Made by a program: the position numbers and the translations under genes
The notes under the pieces: generated by a model
What the model was told of the DNA's origin: nothing
What the model saw: the letters and a program-made list of their open reading frames with translations, nothing else
Databases searched by the model: none
Shown here: piece after piece, positions 10,583 through 21,554 of the stretch
How the letters are laid out: every line of letters begins with the position of its first letter
How positions within the stretch are numbered: position 1 is the stretch's first letter
Origin: Methanotrichaceae archaeon
Lineage (GTDB): Archaea > Halobacteriota > Methanosarcinia > Methanotrichales > Methanotrichaceae
Assembly (NCBI GenBank): GCA_963754945.1
Contig: CAVWIG010000015.1
Span: 1 to 64,000 of the forward strand
DNA: 64,000 nucleotides
Direction: 5' to 3'

Positions 10583-11634
10583 TAAGGATATTTTATATAT
10601 TCGCGAATTGACTCGCGAATAATTCTTCGCTTAGATTCGAACCAACTCATTCCTATTCTAAGCCTTTCTACTTCTAATCTGAGAAACGCTCTCAGGGAGA
10701 ACATTATGTGTGCTCTCTGGGACTGACTTTTTCTTGCTTGACAGCTTTCGACTCCACAGAATTGCTTTAATCCCCTGTGATATTCCTCAATCTTCCAGGA
10801 ATATCCACCAATTTCTTCACGTTTAGCTTCGTCCATCTCCAGCACGTCAGTTGCCCAGTATCCTATGTCACCGTCATTAGAGACTATCCGGAATACTTTT
10901 ATAAAACCATAAGCTTTTAAATGCACTTCCCTGCCTTGCAACGGTATCTCTATCTCCTGAATTTGCATATTTTTGGTGTTATTCGGATTCACTAGCCTAT
11001 TTTTCTTCAATCGGGTCAGCCAGTGCCATCCAGACTTTCGTATGGTTTTGAGATTATCTACACTGGCATACCAGCTATCGAAGAGAACAATACAGGGCTG
11101 AAAACGCCGTTCTTTTGCTTTGGCAAGCATATCTCGAAAATGATCATTTTTTGTCTTGCCGTCGACATCTATATCGTAGATTCGGAAATCAACGGGAATT
11201 ATAGCGTTTCCATCTGTCCACAGCAACGTACAAATATTGACTCCATTCACCAATCGATGCTGTTTTCCACTCCATTGATGATAGACTAGGCTCATATTTT
11301 TAGCATATGGCTTGTCCAACGTCGTATCGTCAATAACCAAGAAACCATTTTGAGGCTGAACAATATCCTTTACCTCATTCCACAACGTATCCGTATCTGG
11401 AGGCTGTCTTTGTAGAAGACGGGTAAATGCATCATGCGATGGACTATTTTCTCCTACTGGCTGGCACCTTGCAGCCTCAGTACAGGTAAAAACATCTACT
11501 GATGCTATCAGAAAGTGAATATAATCAAGATCATCGCACTTGGAAGGATTCAAGTTCAGCCCTATCCCATTTATTTGTTGGTATTAATATAGCATATGCA
11601 ATATAAGAAGATTCTGCCAAGTGCGTAAGTCCTA
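10546..11634 (-). mobile_element. IS701-family element, copy 1
   Basis: IR TAGGACTTACGCA/TGCGTAAGTCCTA; 6-bp TSD TGATCT at 10540-45 and 11635-40. Confidence 0.92.
10552..11553 (-). CDS. IS701-family transposase
   Basis: SHDAFTRLL, VIDDTTLDKPY, FDSWYAS and WKIEEYHRGLKQ motifs. Confidence 0.92.
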   Translation of the reverse strand: MNPSKCDDLDYIHFLIASVDVFTCTEAARCQPVGENSPSHDAFTRLLQRQPPDTDTLWNEVKDIVQPQNGFLVIDDTTLDKPYAKNMSLVYHQWSGKQHRLVNGVNICTLLWTDGNAIIPVDFRIYDIDVDGKTKNDHFRDMLAKAKERRFQPCIVLFDSWYASVDNLKTIRKSGWHWLTRLKKNRLVNPNNTKNMQIQEIEIPLQGREVHLKAYGFIKVFRIVSNDGDIGYWATDVLEMDEAKREEIGGYSWKIEEYHRGLKQFCGVESCQARKSQSQRAHIMFSLRAFLRLEVERLRIGMSWFESKRRIIRESIREYIKYPYYSLSKDSTA

Positions 11635-11818
11635 TGATCTGAGACATTAGTGCATCAAACTCATAATTACCTATTCTTGTCACATGTGTTAGGTGCACGC
11701 GAAGAATCAGAGAGATCCTGTAGGTAATAGATACTGCTCCATCTAGCGAAAATCTATTTATAGCTTACCGTATCTCGTATGAAGAGCGATTTGAACTAAT
11801 CGCAAATCACTATCTTGC

Positions 11819-11903
11819 GCGGGGATAACCAAGCCAGGCCAACGGTGATAGACTCAAGATCTATTCTCGCAGGAGTTCAGGGGTTCGAATCCCTTTCCCC
11901 GCA
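11819..11903 (+). tRNA. tRNA-Leu(CAA)
   Basis: Acceptor stem GCGGGGA/TCCCCGC, anticodon arm ATAGA-CTCAAGA-TCTAT, long variable arm, T-arm GGGG-TTCGAAT-CCCT. Confidence 0.96.
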
Positions 11904-11911
11904 CCTTTATG
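11848..11911 (+). repeat. att site (attL): 3' part of tRNA-Leu, 64-bp direct repeat copy 1
   Basis: Identical to 23493-23556. Confidence 0.95.
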
Positions 11912-12431
11912 ATCCTCTAGATAACGAAATCGCAAAATGTCTTTTGGCTTTGATCTAGCCTATGTGAATAGAATGTAGTCTATCGAGTAGGTGAAAGAGA
12001 TGGCCAAGATGAAAATTGACTGGTATTCCAGGCCAGCGAGTGATCATCATAAAGATATCATTATTGAGAGATTCAAGCGTTATCTAAAGAACATTGGTCT
12101 TCATGAAGAGACAATTAAACTTTACATGGGTAGGGTTAGAGCCTTCTTAGATTTTGCTAATAGCCAAGATCCTGATGTTGCAGTGGCAGATAAGTATAGG
12201 GCTATGCTGATCGAAAAGGGGTTATCGCGATCCCATTTAAATAATACATGCTTTGGCATAAAGAAGTTCTACGAAATGAATAAAATTGAATGGAATTTTA
12301 TAAAGCTTAGACCTAATGATGCGATTCCTTATTACTTCGACGAGCAGGATGTTTTAGCTATCTTCTCTGTCTGCTCCAATATCAAGCATCTAGCAATGCT
12401 ATGGACTGCACCCCTGATTGTAGACAATTAG

Positions 12432-13301
12432 TTAAGCAACAGTATTTAAGGCAACCTCCATTTCGAACTGCTCAGGAGACTTATAACCAAGTGATGAATG
12501 CAGCCTCTTCCAGTTGTACACTTTCTCAATAAAACGCCATATGTTTCTATAGGCATCTTCAAATGTCCCGTATTCATTCAGATATACCTCCTCGACCTTT
12601 AGAGTTTTGATAAAGCTCTCTGCAAATGCATTGTCGTATGGATTTCCTTTTCTTGACATGCTAATCAGGATGCTATGCTTTTCAAGACAATCCACATAAT
12701 CTTTTGATGCATATTGAACTCCCTGATCAGAATGATGAACGAGTCCTTGAGTAGATTCTGACCAGCGGTTTTCTAATGCCTTGTCCAGGGCATTCATGGC
12801 TAGCTGGCCGTCGATGTTTCTGCTCAGCTCCCAGCCGATGCATTTTCTGCTGTATAGATCCAGTATCACGGCGAGATAGATGTGCTCATGTGACAACTGA
12901 ACATATGTGATATCTGAAGCCCAAACTTGGTTTAGTCCGGTGATCTCGGCGTTTTTTAGAAGGTTCGGATATACAGGCAATCCATGACTAGAATCGGTTG
13001 TTATTGGCTTAAATCTCTTCTTCAGGCACAGAAGGTTATCTTGTCGCATCAGTCTCAGAACGCGCTTGCGGTTAACCTCAAAGCCGCGGTTTTGGAGTTC
13101 AGCAGTCATCCTCCTATAACCGTAGCCAGTAAATTCCAGAGCGATCTCTTGAATCTGGTTTCTCAGATCCATATTCGCGGATGGGTCAATTTCCGGCTGT
13201 GTCCGCCATCTGTAGTAGCCGCTGCGACTTACTTCAAGTGCCTCGCAGGATTGGGATATTGACAACGCAAGGCCGTCCGAAAGGACGTCATGGATAGTCA
13301 T
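12432..13301 (-). CDS. IS3 transposase OrfB (DDE)
   Basis: YGYRR, WASDITY, HHSDQGVQY and DNAFAESFIKTLK motifs. Confidence 0.93.
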   Translation of the reverse strand: MTIHDVLSDGLALSISQSCEALEVSRSGYYRWRTQPEIDPSANMDLRNQIQEIALEFTGYGYRRMTAELQNRGFEVNRKRVLRLMRQDNLLCLKKRFKPITTDSSHGLPVYPNLLKNAEITGLNQVWASDITYVQLSHEHIYLAVILDLYSRKCIGWELSRNIDGQLAMNALDKALENRWSESTQGLVHHSDQGVQYASKDYVDCLEKHSILISMSRKGNPYDNAFAESFIKTLKVEEVYLNEYGTFEDAYRNIWRFIEKVYNWKRLHSSLGYKSPEQFEMEVALNTVA

Positions 13302-13642
13302 ATACCGTCCCTCAGCGTCGGTTTGATTCTCTCCTCTCGAACCTTCTTCTGGGTCATGGCAAAGGCTTTTTTTAAAAGCTCGATCTCGGCATGGGCCTGG
13401 CCGAGCAGCCTCTCAAGTTCTGCAATCCTTGCCTGGTCCTTGTACTTGTTTCCATTACCGCTAAACGCTTTTTCGGGATTCTCGGCCAGCTCTTCTCTCC
13501 ACCGAGAGGGCAAGCCTGGATGAATACTATGCTCGCGGGCGATCTGAGCAAGTGGTTTACCACTCTCAAGTTCAGCTACTACTGATATCTTGAATGCTCG
13601 GTCGTAGCGTCGCCTCGTCTTTTTCATATACTTCCCTCCCAT
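13298..13642 (-). CDS. IS3 transposase OrfA (HTH)
   Basis: RRRYDRAFKISVV...IAREHSI; overlaps orfB. Confidence 0.9.
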   Translation of the reverse strand: MGGKYMKKTRRRYDRAFKISVVAELESGKPLAQIAREHSIHPGLPSRWREELAENPEKAFSGNGNKYKDQARIAELERLLGQAHAEIELLKKAFAMTQKKVREERIKPTLRDGI

Positions 13643-14242
13643 GAGTTGATGTTGCTTAACTCATTGTCCACTCGGAGGGGTTCACTCCACTACAGACTTT
13701 ATTCTATGGATGCCTGCGCTCTTCGGAGTTATGTAAACTAGATGATGGGGATCTAAATCTAAACGCGAGATCGATACATCTTCGAGAAACCAAAAATGGC
13801 AGCGATGGGATGGCATATATAAATGGTGAATGCGCTGAAACCCTGCGTTTATATTTGAAGATTAGGCCACAGGTAAAGATAGGCGATAGAATACCCCTTT
13901 TCTACACAGATAATTTGAACCTATGGTATAAGAACGATGTACATAGGATGTTTTTGAGCTATAAGAAGAAGGCGAGAATCAATAAGCCAGGTGCGGTTCA
14001 TGTATTCAGCAGACACACTCCAGCTACTATCATGGTAGCCAAAGGCTGCGATATCCGGATAGTGAAAGAGGTTTTGAGACATCGCGATATCAGGACAACT
14101 TTGAGGTATGCTCATGTTTCAGACAAGACAAAGAGGGAGAAGTACGAGAAGTATTTGACTTTATAGAAACAATTTTCATTTTCTAGTAATATCATAACGA
14201 TTATGCGATTCGAACGCGATTATTTAATATACATTATTCTCC

Positions 14243-15829
14243 TTAATGCAAAAGGGTAGCCTTCATTATTTTTATCGTAATACCCCGATGCTTGCATCGG
14301 GGATAAAGGGCATCCGTGTCCGACTTAGGAATTGATCAGATCGATTTAGTATCAACTTCATGCGGCGGCGCCTCGCATGCCCCGCCTGCTTGCAGCGGGG
14401 TGCGCCGCCGCCGTTTGACTCGAAGAGCGGAAGTTGGTTTGAGGAATTCATAGAAAATTCTAACCATCCAGCCGTCTCCTAAATGAAAAAATCTATCTTC
14501 CAGCGATACTTTCAAGATTTTATTATTATAATCCAAAATCCCATACTTATTGGCTGTACTTCCAGATTCCTTCTTTTTCTCCCATTCGCAGACTAATCCT
14601 ATTTCCTCTCCTATATTAATCAATTCATCATAATCTAGACACGCTAATATCAATTTTTTCCCCAGTGCAATATCGATTACGTCTTCTTTTTTTAGGTTGA
14701 AATTGAAAATAGGATCGGAAAGAGGGCAACAAAAAGTTGATTGGAAATTTATAATCGGATATTCAACATTTAATTCAGCCATCCACGAACTAAAAGCTTC
14801 ATACGCTTTCCTCAAAGGAATTTCCATGCTATATGCAGCGATATATAGGCAATTATCGATAACGTCGAGAGAGAATCCATTATTCTCACAATCCAATAAC
14901 ATGTTCTCAATATTATCCATGTAGATTTCCAGTTCAATTGGGTTATCCAAGATTTTTACAAATGTCCCAGCTTCATCAATTCCAGAGCCTTCATTGATTA
15001 TTGATTTAGCTTTAATCATTCTATTAGCTTGCCTAAACTGGCGTTCAATTTGGTCAATTTCTTTTGGATTTAGAAATTGCAAAAGCTCGTCTTCGTCAGC
15101 GTCTTCATCACCCAATTTTTCTATGAATTTCTGAATTTCCCAATTTACCTTACCTTCTTTTAATTCTATCAAATCCCAAGATATAGAATCATCTGAATTT
15201 ATATTTACTAATATCATATCACTAATCTGGATAAAAGAGGTTATATCAGTGAGAAGCGCAAATGACATCTCACACTGATTTATTTTTTTTGAAAAATCCC
15301 AAGTAGATTCTAAATTTGTATGTGAGATGGGATTGGGGTTCTTACCAATATACAAACGCCTTGCAGTGGAATGATGTTGAATGAAATGCCATGCTATCGA
15401 ATCTGCCAACTTTCTCAAGATACACTCCCTATAGGTTAAATCCACAATACAATGCCTAATTTTGTTGATTAAATTCTTATTGCGGTCTTTATTGGCCTCT
15501 TTTAATTCTTTTTTAAATTTATTCTTTGAAGATTCTATCTCTAAAATTTCTTGGATTATGTGATTTTGCGCTAATCCGAAACCCTCATGCACTTTTTGAT
15601 AAAAATAATTTTTATTTTCATCTAAAAATCTTATCGGACAATATCCAAAAATATATTCATAAATTCTTTTTATTTTATTTTCGAATTCCTCTATTGAATC
15701 ATCCCTTAAATAGAACTTGGAAAGCGCTCCATTTTCTGCTTTAACAAATAATATATATCCATATTTCGCATTATAGCGGGAACAAGGGGAAACCGCGACA
15801 GCTCTATTATTCGCCAAAATTGTGCACAT
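14243..15829 (-). CDS. AT-rich hypothetical cargo protein with possible PD-(D/E)xK motif; 3' end hit by the MITE (current stop 14336)
   Basis: 497-aa ORF; DITSFIQISD...LIELKEG; removing the MITE gives ...SALR-IMKATLLH* (stop 14243-45). Confidence 0.7.
14270..14419 (+). mobile_element. 150-bp non-autonomous MITE derived from IS200/IS605-type ends
   Basis: Left hairpin CCCCGATGCTTGCATCGGGG and right GC-rich hairpin ending TTTGAC match both ends of the tnpA element at 21555-22147; no TSD. Confidence 0.8.
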
Positions 15830-16000
15830 CCTACGAATGAAATTTGTTTTGCCGTAATTCGATATTACTTTTGCGGTAATTCACACCTGCTAAGTTATCC
15901 TTAAGTATTCTCAGTAACTTGCATATGCGCATCTTAAGGGGTTCATGGTGCAAGAATGAGAGGCAGAAAACCAGTTCCGGATTTCACCCATGTCATGCTA

Positions 16001-17212
16001 GTGTCGCGTCAGCTATCTAGTGTCGGATAAAGCCTAGATAGTTTAACTCTTGCATCCGCTGTAGTAAATTGCCAATTTACCTTTGCATTTTTATTATTTC
16101 TGAACTCCTGCCATGCCGCTACTTCATCCTTAACAGTTTCAATTTTATCGATTCGCCTATTCAGACATTGCCCTGTAAGGACATTCAGCTCTATCTCAGC
16201 CATATTTAGCCAACTGCCATGCTTCGGCGTGTACACAAATTCAAACCTATCCATTAACGCCTTTGCCTTATCTGGCGTAAACTTCTCATAAAACGATCCT
16301 GCATTATGTGTGTTGAGATTGTCCATCACCAATGTTATCTTTTCTGCATGTTCGTATTGGGCGGCGACATCTTCCATAAAGCAAGCCCAGTCCAGCGCAG
16401 TTTTTCTTTCAGTGACCTTTACCATACGCTTCCCGGCCAACGGTTCGCATGCAAGGAAAATATTTGATAAGCCGCAGCGTTTGTATTCATAGTCGTGTTT
16501 GGCAGCCCGCCCTGGAGATATTGCAATAGGTACTCTTGTCTCGGATATCAGCTGCTTTGGAGATTCGTCCATGCATACAACCGGATGATATGAATCAAAC
16601 GGACGCTTATAAACATCCAATACCCTTTCCATATTTGCGACGAAGCTACCGTTTTGATTTGGCGGAATTACCCATCCTTTGCGTTGCCATGGCTTGATCT
16701 CGTTTTTTTAAAATTTGACGCACAGCTTCATGAGAAATGCTGTCAATGTAGTTGAGCTCGACGACCTTATCGGCTAACAGCCTCAAAGACCACCGCGCAA
16801 AACCATCTGGTGGTTCGCTGCAACTCAATGCAACTAAATGGGCTTCAAAATCTCCATCGGTCTTCTTGGCATAGATGCGGTTTCCCGTTCTTCTTTCAAG
16901 AGCTGAATCAAGACCTCCCTCTACAAATCGCTTTTTTAAACGGTCTATCTTTCTCATGCTTATATGGAGCACACGGGCTATTTCTTCATTCGTCGAGCCC
17001 TCTGTTTGGTACTCACCTTCATCACAACCGAGCAATATTAATGCATTGAGGATCTTCTGTGATTTTTGCTTTCCCTTGACTGTAAGGTCGCTAAGAGCTT
17101 TGCGCTCGTCCTCAGTAAGCGTTACGATATATTTCTTCATTGCTATTACCCCACATTGGATATGAAGATAATATATCTTAAACCTTATGTCACTTCAATA
17201 TTGACGCGACAC
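16001..17212 (-). mobile_element. IS630-family element
   Basis: IR GTGTCGCGTCA/TGACGCGACAC, TA duplication at a CTAG site. Confidence 0.92.
16009..17140 (-). CDS. IS630 transposase (two ORFs joined by a probable programmed -1 frameshift)
   Basis: HTH ORF 16646-17140, TTTTAAAAAAAC slippery site near 16705, DDE ORF with MDESPKQL, DNLNTH, PKHGSWLNMAEIE. Confidence 0.9.
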
Positions 17213-17600
17213 TAGAAGGAAACGCCAAAGAAGTTCAGCAACAAGGCTCTCAAATAGACTTCATGGCATCCGACATAACCGTCTTATCTCAGCAACCAGG
17301 CTTGGGCAAAACTCATGCCGTGATAGAATTCTGCAAAAATAACCCCGACAAGAAAATATTGTACCTGACGACGCGTCATCGGCTCATCGATGAGACTATC
17401 AAGGAATTACCTAGAGCAGCTCATTGGCATGGCTTCACGCATTTAGATAAAGGATGTCCAAAATATCAAACTACTCCACGGGTCCGAAACCTCCATAAAG
17501 CATGTCAAAATATATCGCTCACATGCTATTTGATGGGCTGTGATAAGAGAAAATGTCAGTATTGGAAGCAGTTTAGTAAAAGCGATATTGTGTTTGCACC

Positions 17601-18871
17601 GGCAGTGTAACGATTTTTCTGTACTTTGATAATAAGAATGATTATCGGCCCTGTATCCTATCCAATCTTGAGAAAAGGAGGACACAGGACCATGATACCC
17701 ATAGCACTCTTGGAAGATTACCTTATCGATCAGGAAGATGGACTAAAGAAGCTTCTGACCTGGTTCTTGAACCTTGTAATGCAGCTAGAAGCGGCGCAAC
17801 AGGCAGATGCAGAACCGTATCAGAGAGTCGAATCCCGAAAGGCACATAGGAATGGCTACAAGGAAAGATCTCTGAAGACGCGAGTTGGAGAGCTCCGACT
17901 CAAGAAACCTCAATTCCGTGAAATTTCCTTCGAAACCAAGGTGTTCGACAGATTTTCGCGCGTAGAGAAGGCTTTGGTCAACGCTGTACTCGAATCGTAT
18001 CTCCAGGGGGTTTCAACCAGGAGAATCCAAGATATTGTCTCTCGATTTGGCATCGAGAATTTATCTGCCTCTAGCGTTTCCAGGATATCCAAAGAGCTTG
18101 ACGAGAAGGTAGAAGAATTCCTGAAGAAACCTATCGAACGTCCTATTCCTTATCTTTATGTAGATGCAAGCTACTTCAAAGTAAGAACAGAATCAAGATA
18201 TGTTACCAAAGCTTTCATGATCGTCACAGGTGTTAGAGATGACGGTTATCGCGAGATACTTGGCGCAAGAATAGCTGACAGTGAAGATGAACTCTTCTGG
18301 TCGGGATTATTTCAAGATCTGGCGGATCGTGGGTTGTCCGGAGTAAAGCTCGTGATATCAGATGGTCATAAGGGAATCCAGAAAGCGGTTGAGAAATCAT
18401 TTCTTGGTGCTTCATGGCAAATGTGTCACGTTCACTTTTCAAGAGCGGTCTTGAGAAACGTTGCCAAGAAGTATCATAAGGAGATCGCCGATAAGATCAA
18501 GATCGCTCTGGAAGACGAAATCAAGATACAGGACTTAGCGAAAGAATTGAGGGAAAGAGGTTATGCGAAATCTGCTGACACTATCGACCGCTTCAGATTC
18601 AGTCTGTGGAATTACAGGGCATTCCCCAGAGGTCACTGGAGAAGGATTCGGACTACAAACGGGCTGGAGAGGATCAACAAGGAGCTGAAAAGAAGATCCA
18701 GGGTAGTCGGTGCCTTCCCAAGTGAGAGCTCGTTCATGAGGTTAGGGGTTTCGATCCTCATCGATATCAACGAAGAATGGCTGACCGCTAAAAAGTATTT
18801 ATCTATGGATGCTGATTGAGTATGTTGGGATACAGGGCAACTCCAAATTACAGAAATCTCGGCACACTACC
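17601..18871 (+). mobile_element. IS256-family element, copy 1 (no TSD; flanking deletion)
   Basis: IR GGCAGTGTAACGATTTTTCTGTA / TACAGAAATCTCGGCACACTACC; same as the copies at 45222 and 49340. Confidence 0.93.
17626..18819 (+). CDS. IS256-family transposase (likely start 17692)
   Basis: RNGYKER, YLQGVSTR, YVDASY, ISDGHKG, WQMCHVHF and RTTNGLERINKELKRR motifs. Confidence 0.94.
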   Translation: MIIRMIIGPVSYPILRKGGHRTMIPIALLEDYLIDQEDGLKKLLTWFLNLVMQLEAAQQADAEPYQRVESRKAHRNGYKERSLKTRVGELRLKKPQFREISFETKVFDRFSRVEKALVNAVLESYLQGVSTRRIQDIVSRFGIENLSASSVSRISKELDEKVEEFLKKPIERPIPYLYVDASYFKVRTESRYVTKAFMIVTGVRDDGYREILGARIADSEDELFWSGLFQDLADRGLSGVKLVISDGHKGIQKAVEKSFLGASWQMCHVHFSRAVLRNVAKKYHKEIADKIKIALEDEIKIQDLAKELRERGYAKSADTIDRFRFSLWNYRAFPRGHWRRIRTTNGLERINKELKRRSRVVGAFPSESSFMRLGVSILIDINEEWLTAKKYLSMDAD

Positions 18872-19238
18872 ATGACAAGCCTTCATAGTCTCTGCGTGAT
18901 CATATCCTTTGGATACTCGCCAACAACGTGGGGGAAATGATGAAAGCGAAGCAGATTGAGGCAGGCACACTTGATCAATTTTCGGAAATTCTAAGAATAT
19001 CTCCCACTACCCAATAAGTCTCCATTACACACTGATTTACCTCAAATTCCGAAACCTCAGTATGAGGTCCTTTATTCGCAAGTTCATTAAGCCGTTTAAT
19101 CTTATTACTTAATTCTTGAATTGAGGAATTAATTAATTCGCCAGAAGTTGAACGATCGGTTTGTTTAGATATATATTTCCTCAACCGAAGCAAATATTTA
19201 TCCTCAGTTAATTGATATGATTTGCCATCATTTCCTAT

Positions 19239-20523
19239 GAGGGTTTCGATTTAGTGTTGGTTAATGAAGCCTTAAATTCTTGCGTTAATATTTTCAATCT
19301 TTATAGTGGTTTTTTAGCATATTTCACCCCTAAATTGGCTTATTAGATTTCAATTTACCTTGTTGTTTCTAATTTTTGCGCTTTTTTAGAGAGCTTCCGC
19401 TAGGCTGTTTGTTTATGCACTAAATATTTCAACTGTTCCAGGTTGTAAACGACCGAATTCATCATGAATTTTACTCCAGCTCTTGCGACAGTTGTTACAT
19501 AAACATGTGCTCCCTTATGCCCCCGCTTCATAACAGCGAAGCATCTTTCGATGTGCGATCGCGTTTTACTGATTCTCTTATTCCTCAGAAGATCTATGAT
19601 TCCAAGCTTGTGACCTCTTGTAGCTTTTTTCATGGCTGCATCATATCCTCGAGTTTTTGCACCATCATATCCCTTATCGGCGTAACGTGGTAGCCCTTCA
19701 ATTCCAAGATCTACCTGACTATCGTGTACAGAAGCAGTTGTAGTCTCAAAATATCTGATAAGGTGGTAATTGGTATCGATTGAGATATGACCTTTATATC
19801 CGAAAAAGGATTTGACACCCTTTTTTGCCCAACTTCCCTCATTTATTGGCTCTTCTTCGAGTCTCTGTGGTTTGGCCTTGTCATCAATAATATTATTTGA
19901 AATACCAATTAGCTCTTTATCAAACTCCTGATTCAGGCTCGTACTGGTGGCTTCGGAATCTTGACCTTCCTTTTTGTCCCCGCCTTGCTCGTCTTTCTTG
20001 TTCCTCTTCCGACCTGGGTCCGAAGTTATGAAGGTTGCATCCTGGATAGTGCCATTCTTTACAGTAAACCCCATCTCATCGAGCTGCCTTTGAAGCTCAT
20101 TCCAAAGATCATCGTATACGTCGCACTTAATCAAACGTTCACGGAATAGCCAAACTGTGCTGAAATCAGGAATTACTTCAGTGGTGCCAAGGAAAATACG
20201 AAAAGAGATCCTATCCGCAACCTGTCGCTCCAGTTCTGGATCTGTTAGACCAAACCAATGCTGAATTACGAGAGCTTTCACCATAATCACGATGTCAATG
20301 TTCGGACGACCTCCGCGGCTAGTTTTATTTTTGTATATCAATGGTTCCAAAAATCTGAAACGCTCCCAATTGATCAACGATCCGATCTCGGATAGATCAT
20401 CTCCGAGGGCTTTTACTCGAGCATATTCTGCTCGAATGGCAAAATCAATGAGAGTCCTCATGCATTATATTATAGTATTAATAGTATATAAGTATTTCGA
20501 TTGATTAGTTTTTCGAAACTCTC
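19239..20523 (-). mobile_element. IS5-family element
   Basis: IR GAGGGTTTCGA/TCGAAACTCTC; 4-bp TSD CTAT (19235-38, 20524-27). Confidence 0.92.
19400..20461 (-). CDS. IS5-family transposase
   Basis: GGRP, DRISFRIFLG, QDATFI, FGYKGH, ASVHDS, YADKGY and RSHIERCF motifs. Confidence 0.93.
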   Translation of the reverse strand: MRTLIDFAIRAEYARVKALGDDLSEIGSLINWERFRFLEPLIYKNKTSRGGRPNIDIVIMVKALVIQHWFGLTDPELERQVADRISFRIFLGTTEVIPDFSTVWLFRERLIKCDVYDDLWNELQRQLDEMGFTVKNGTIQDATFITSDPGRKRNKKDEQGGDKKEGQDSEATSTSLNQEFDKELIGISNNIIDDKAKPQRLEEEPINEGSWAKKGVKSFFGYKGHISIDTNYHLIRYFETTTASVHDSQVDLGIEGLPRYADKGYDGAKTRGYDAAMKKATRGHKLGIIDLLRNKRISKTRSHIERCFAVMKRGHKGAHVYVTTVARAGVKFMMNSVVYNLEQLKYLVHKQTA

Positions 20524-21384
20524 CTATAAAAGTCTCTGCGGATGGTGGACAAAGCGCATCTGCAAGATCTTTTATTATTCTGCGGCAGGAAGTTAGAGCT
20601 TGTGAATAGGATTCCTTATCGTTTTCTTCCATCCGCTTATAAATTGAAATGAATTTGGATACCGCTTCGGGACAAATAATTTCCAGTCTCTGATCTACAT
20701 ATTGCCTATTTTTATTAAAAATATCAGACATTAATTGTCCGAATAATAATTGTTTTTCACAATCGCTTAGAAATTTATGCACACGTTGTTTTATTCTTTC
20801 GAGTACCATCTCGTGACCAATTATTAATGTATTCATGATATATCTGTTTTTTTCTTTAGATATTTCATCAAAATACAAATCCAGAGGGTGAAGACCTTCG
20901 GGAGGAAATGATTTTTCGACTAATTGCTTATTGTGAACTATGGAAACTTCGATTTCGCCCACGCTCATATTGGATACTTGATTTTCTACAGGCTCAAGAT
21001 GTTCGTTGACAGTTGTTATTTTTCTTTCATTAATCCATTCTAATGCAAAAATTTTCTTATAGGATGCGAATTCTTTGTTGGTAAGATGTGGAGCAATTTC
21101 CCGGAAGATTTCATTGTTGAAATTTTTATCTAAAGGGCTCTTCATTTCCCAACTTAGCCATAAAAGATTTATATAATCATTTCTTAATCTGGAAATACGG
21201 ATGCATTTTCGGATAACCGTACTCAAAGAAACGTCCATTTTATCAAGATCGTTTAGAGCATCTTTGACAAGACTTAGAATATATGCACTAGGATTCTCTT
21301 CTTGACTTGTCATAATGAAATCTGTATAGCTTTCTGAATGATAAATTTGCCTACGGTATATTATAAAAGAAAAATTGAGGAATC

Positions 21385-21554
21385 CTACGCAGGGGGTAGG
21401 GATATTGGCTTTGCTTCTCCATTTTTACAGTGTCGCAAATATGAGTATACCTTAGTGTGGTATGGATATCGCGATGCCTCAAGATGGCTTGAACGCTTCT
21501 TAGATTACAACCTTTGGTAATCATCAGCGTGGCACTTGAATGCCTTGTGGAGCA
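21385..21554 (-). pseudogene. C-terminal remnant of a third tyrosine integrase
   Basis: STRHSSATLMITKGCNLRSVQAILRHRDIHTTLRYTHICD aligns with the C-termini of both integrases. Confidence 0.85.

Larger units (their letters stand above)
12402..13689 (-). mobile_element. IS3-family element
   Basis: Ends TGGACTGCACCCC / GGGGTTCACTCCA; 3-bp TSD CTA (12399-401, 13690-92); orfA and orfB present. Confidence 0.93.
11991..14166 (+). pseudogene. tyrosine recombinase/integrase of element 1, split by IS3
   Basis: Removing the IS3 plus one TSD restores ...HLAML-QTLFYGCLRSSELC...HVFSRH...LRHRDIRTTLRYAH; paralog of 23635-24519. Confidence 0.93.
15956..17600 (+). pseudogene. P-loop NTPase/helicase-like protein with Cys cluster (possible element replication protein), split by IS630 and truncated by IS256
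   Basis: MRGRKPVPDFTHVML joins in frame to EGNAKE...QPGLGKT...ILYLTTRH...CPKY...C...C...C...CQY. Confidence 0.7.
18975..21313 (-). pseudogene. AbiTii-domain protein with HEPN-like C-terminus (putative abortive-infection defence), split by IS5
   Basis: N-terminal LSTVIRKCIRISRLRND...WLSWEM; removing the IS restores ETFIG-NDGKSYQLTEDKYLLRL...NELANKGPH...GDIL. Confidence 0.75.
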
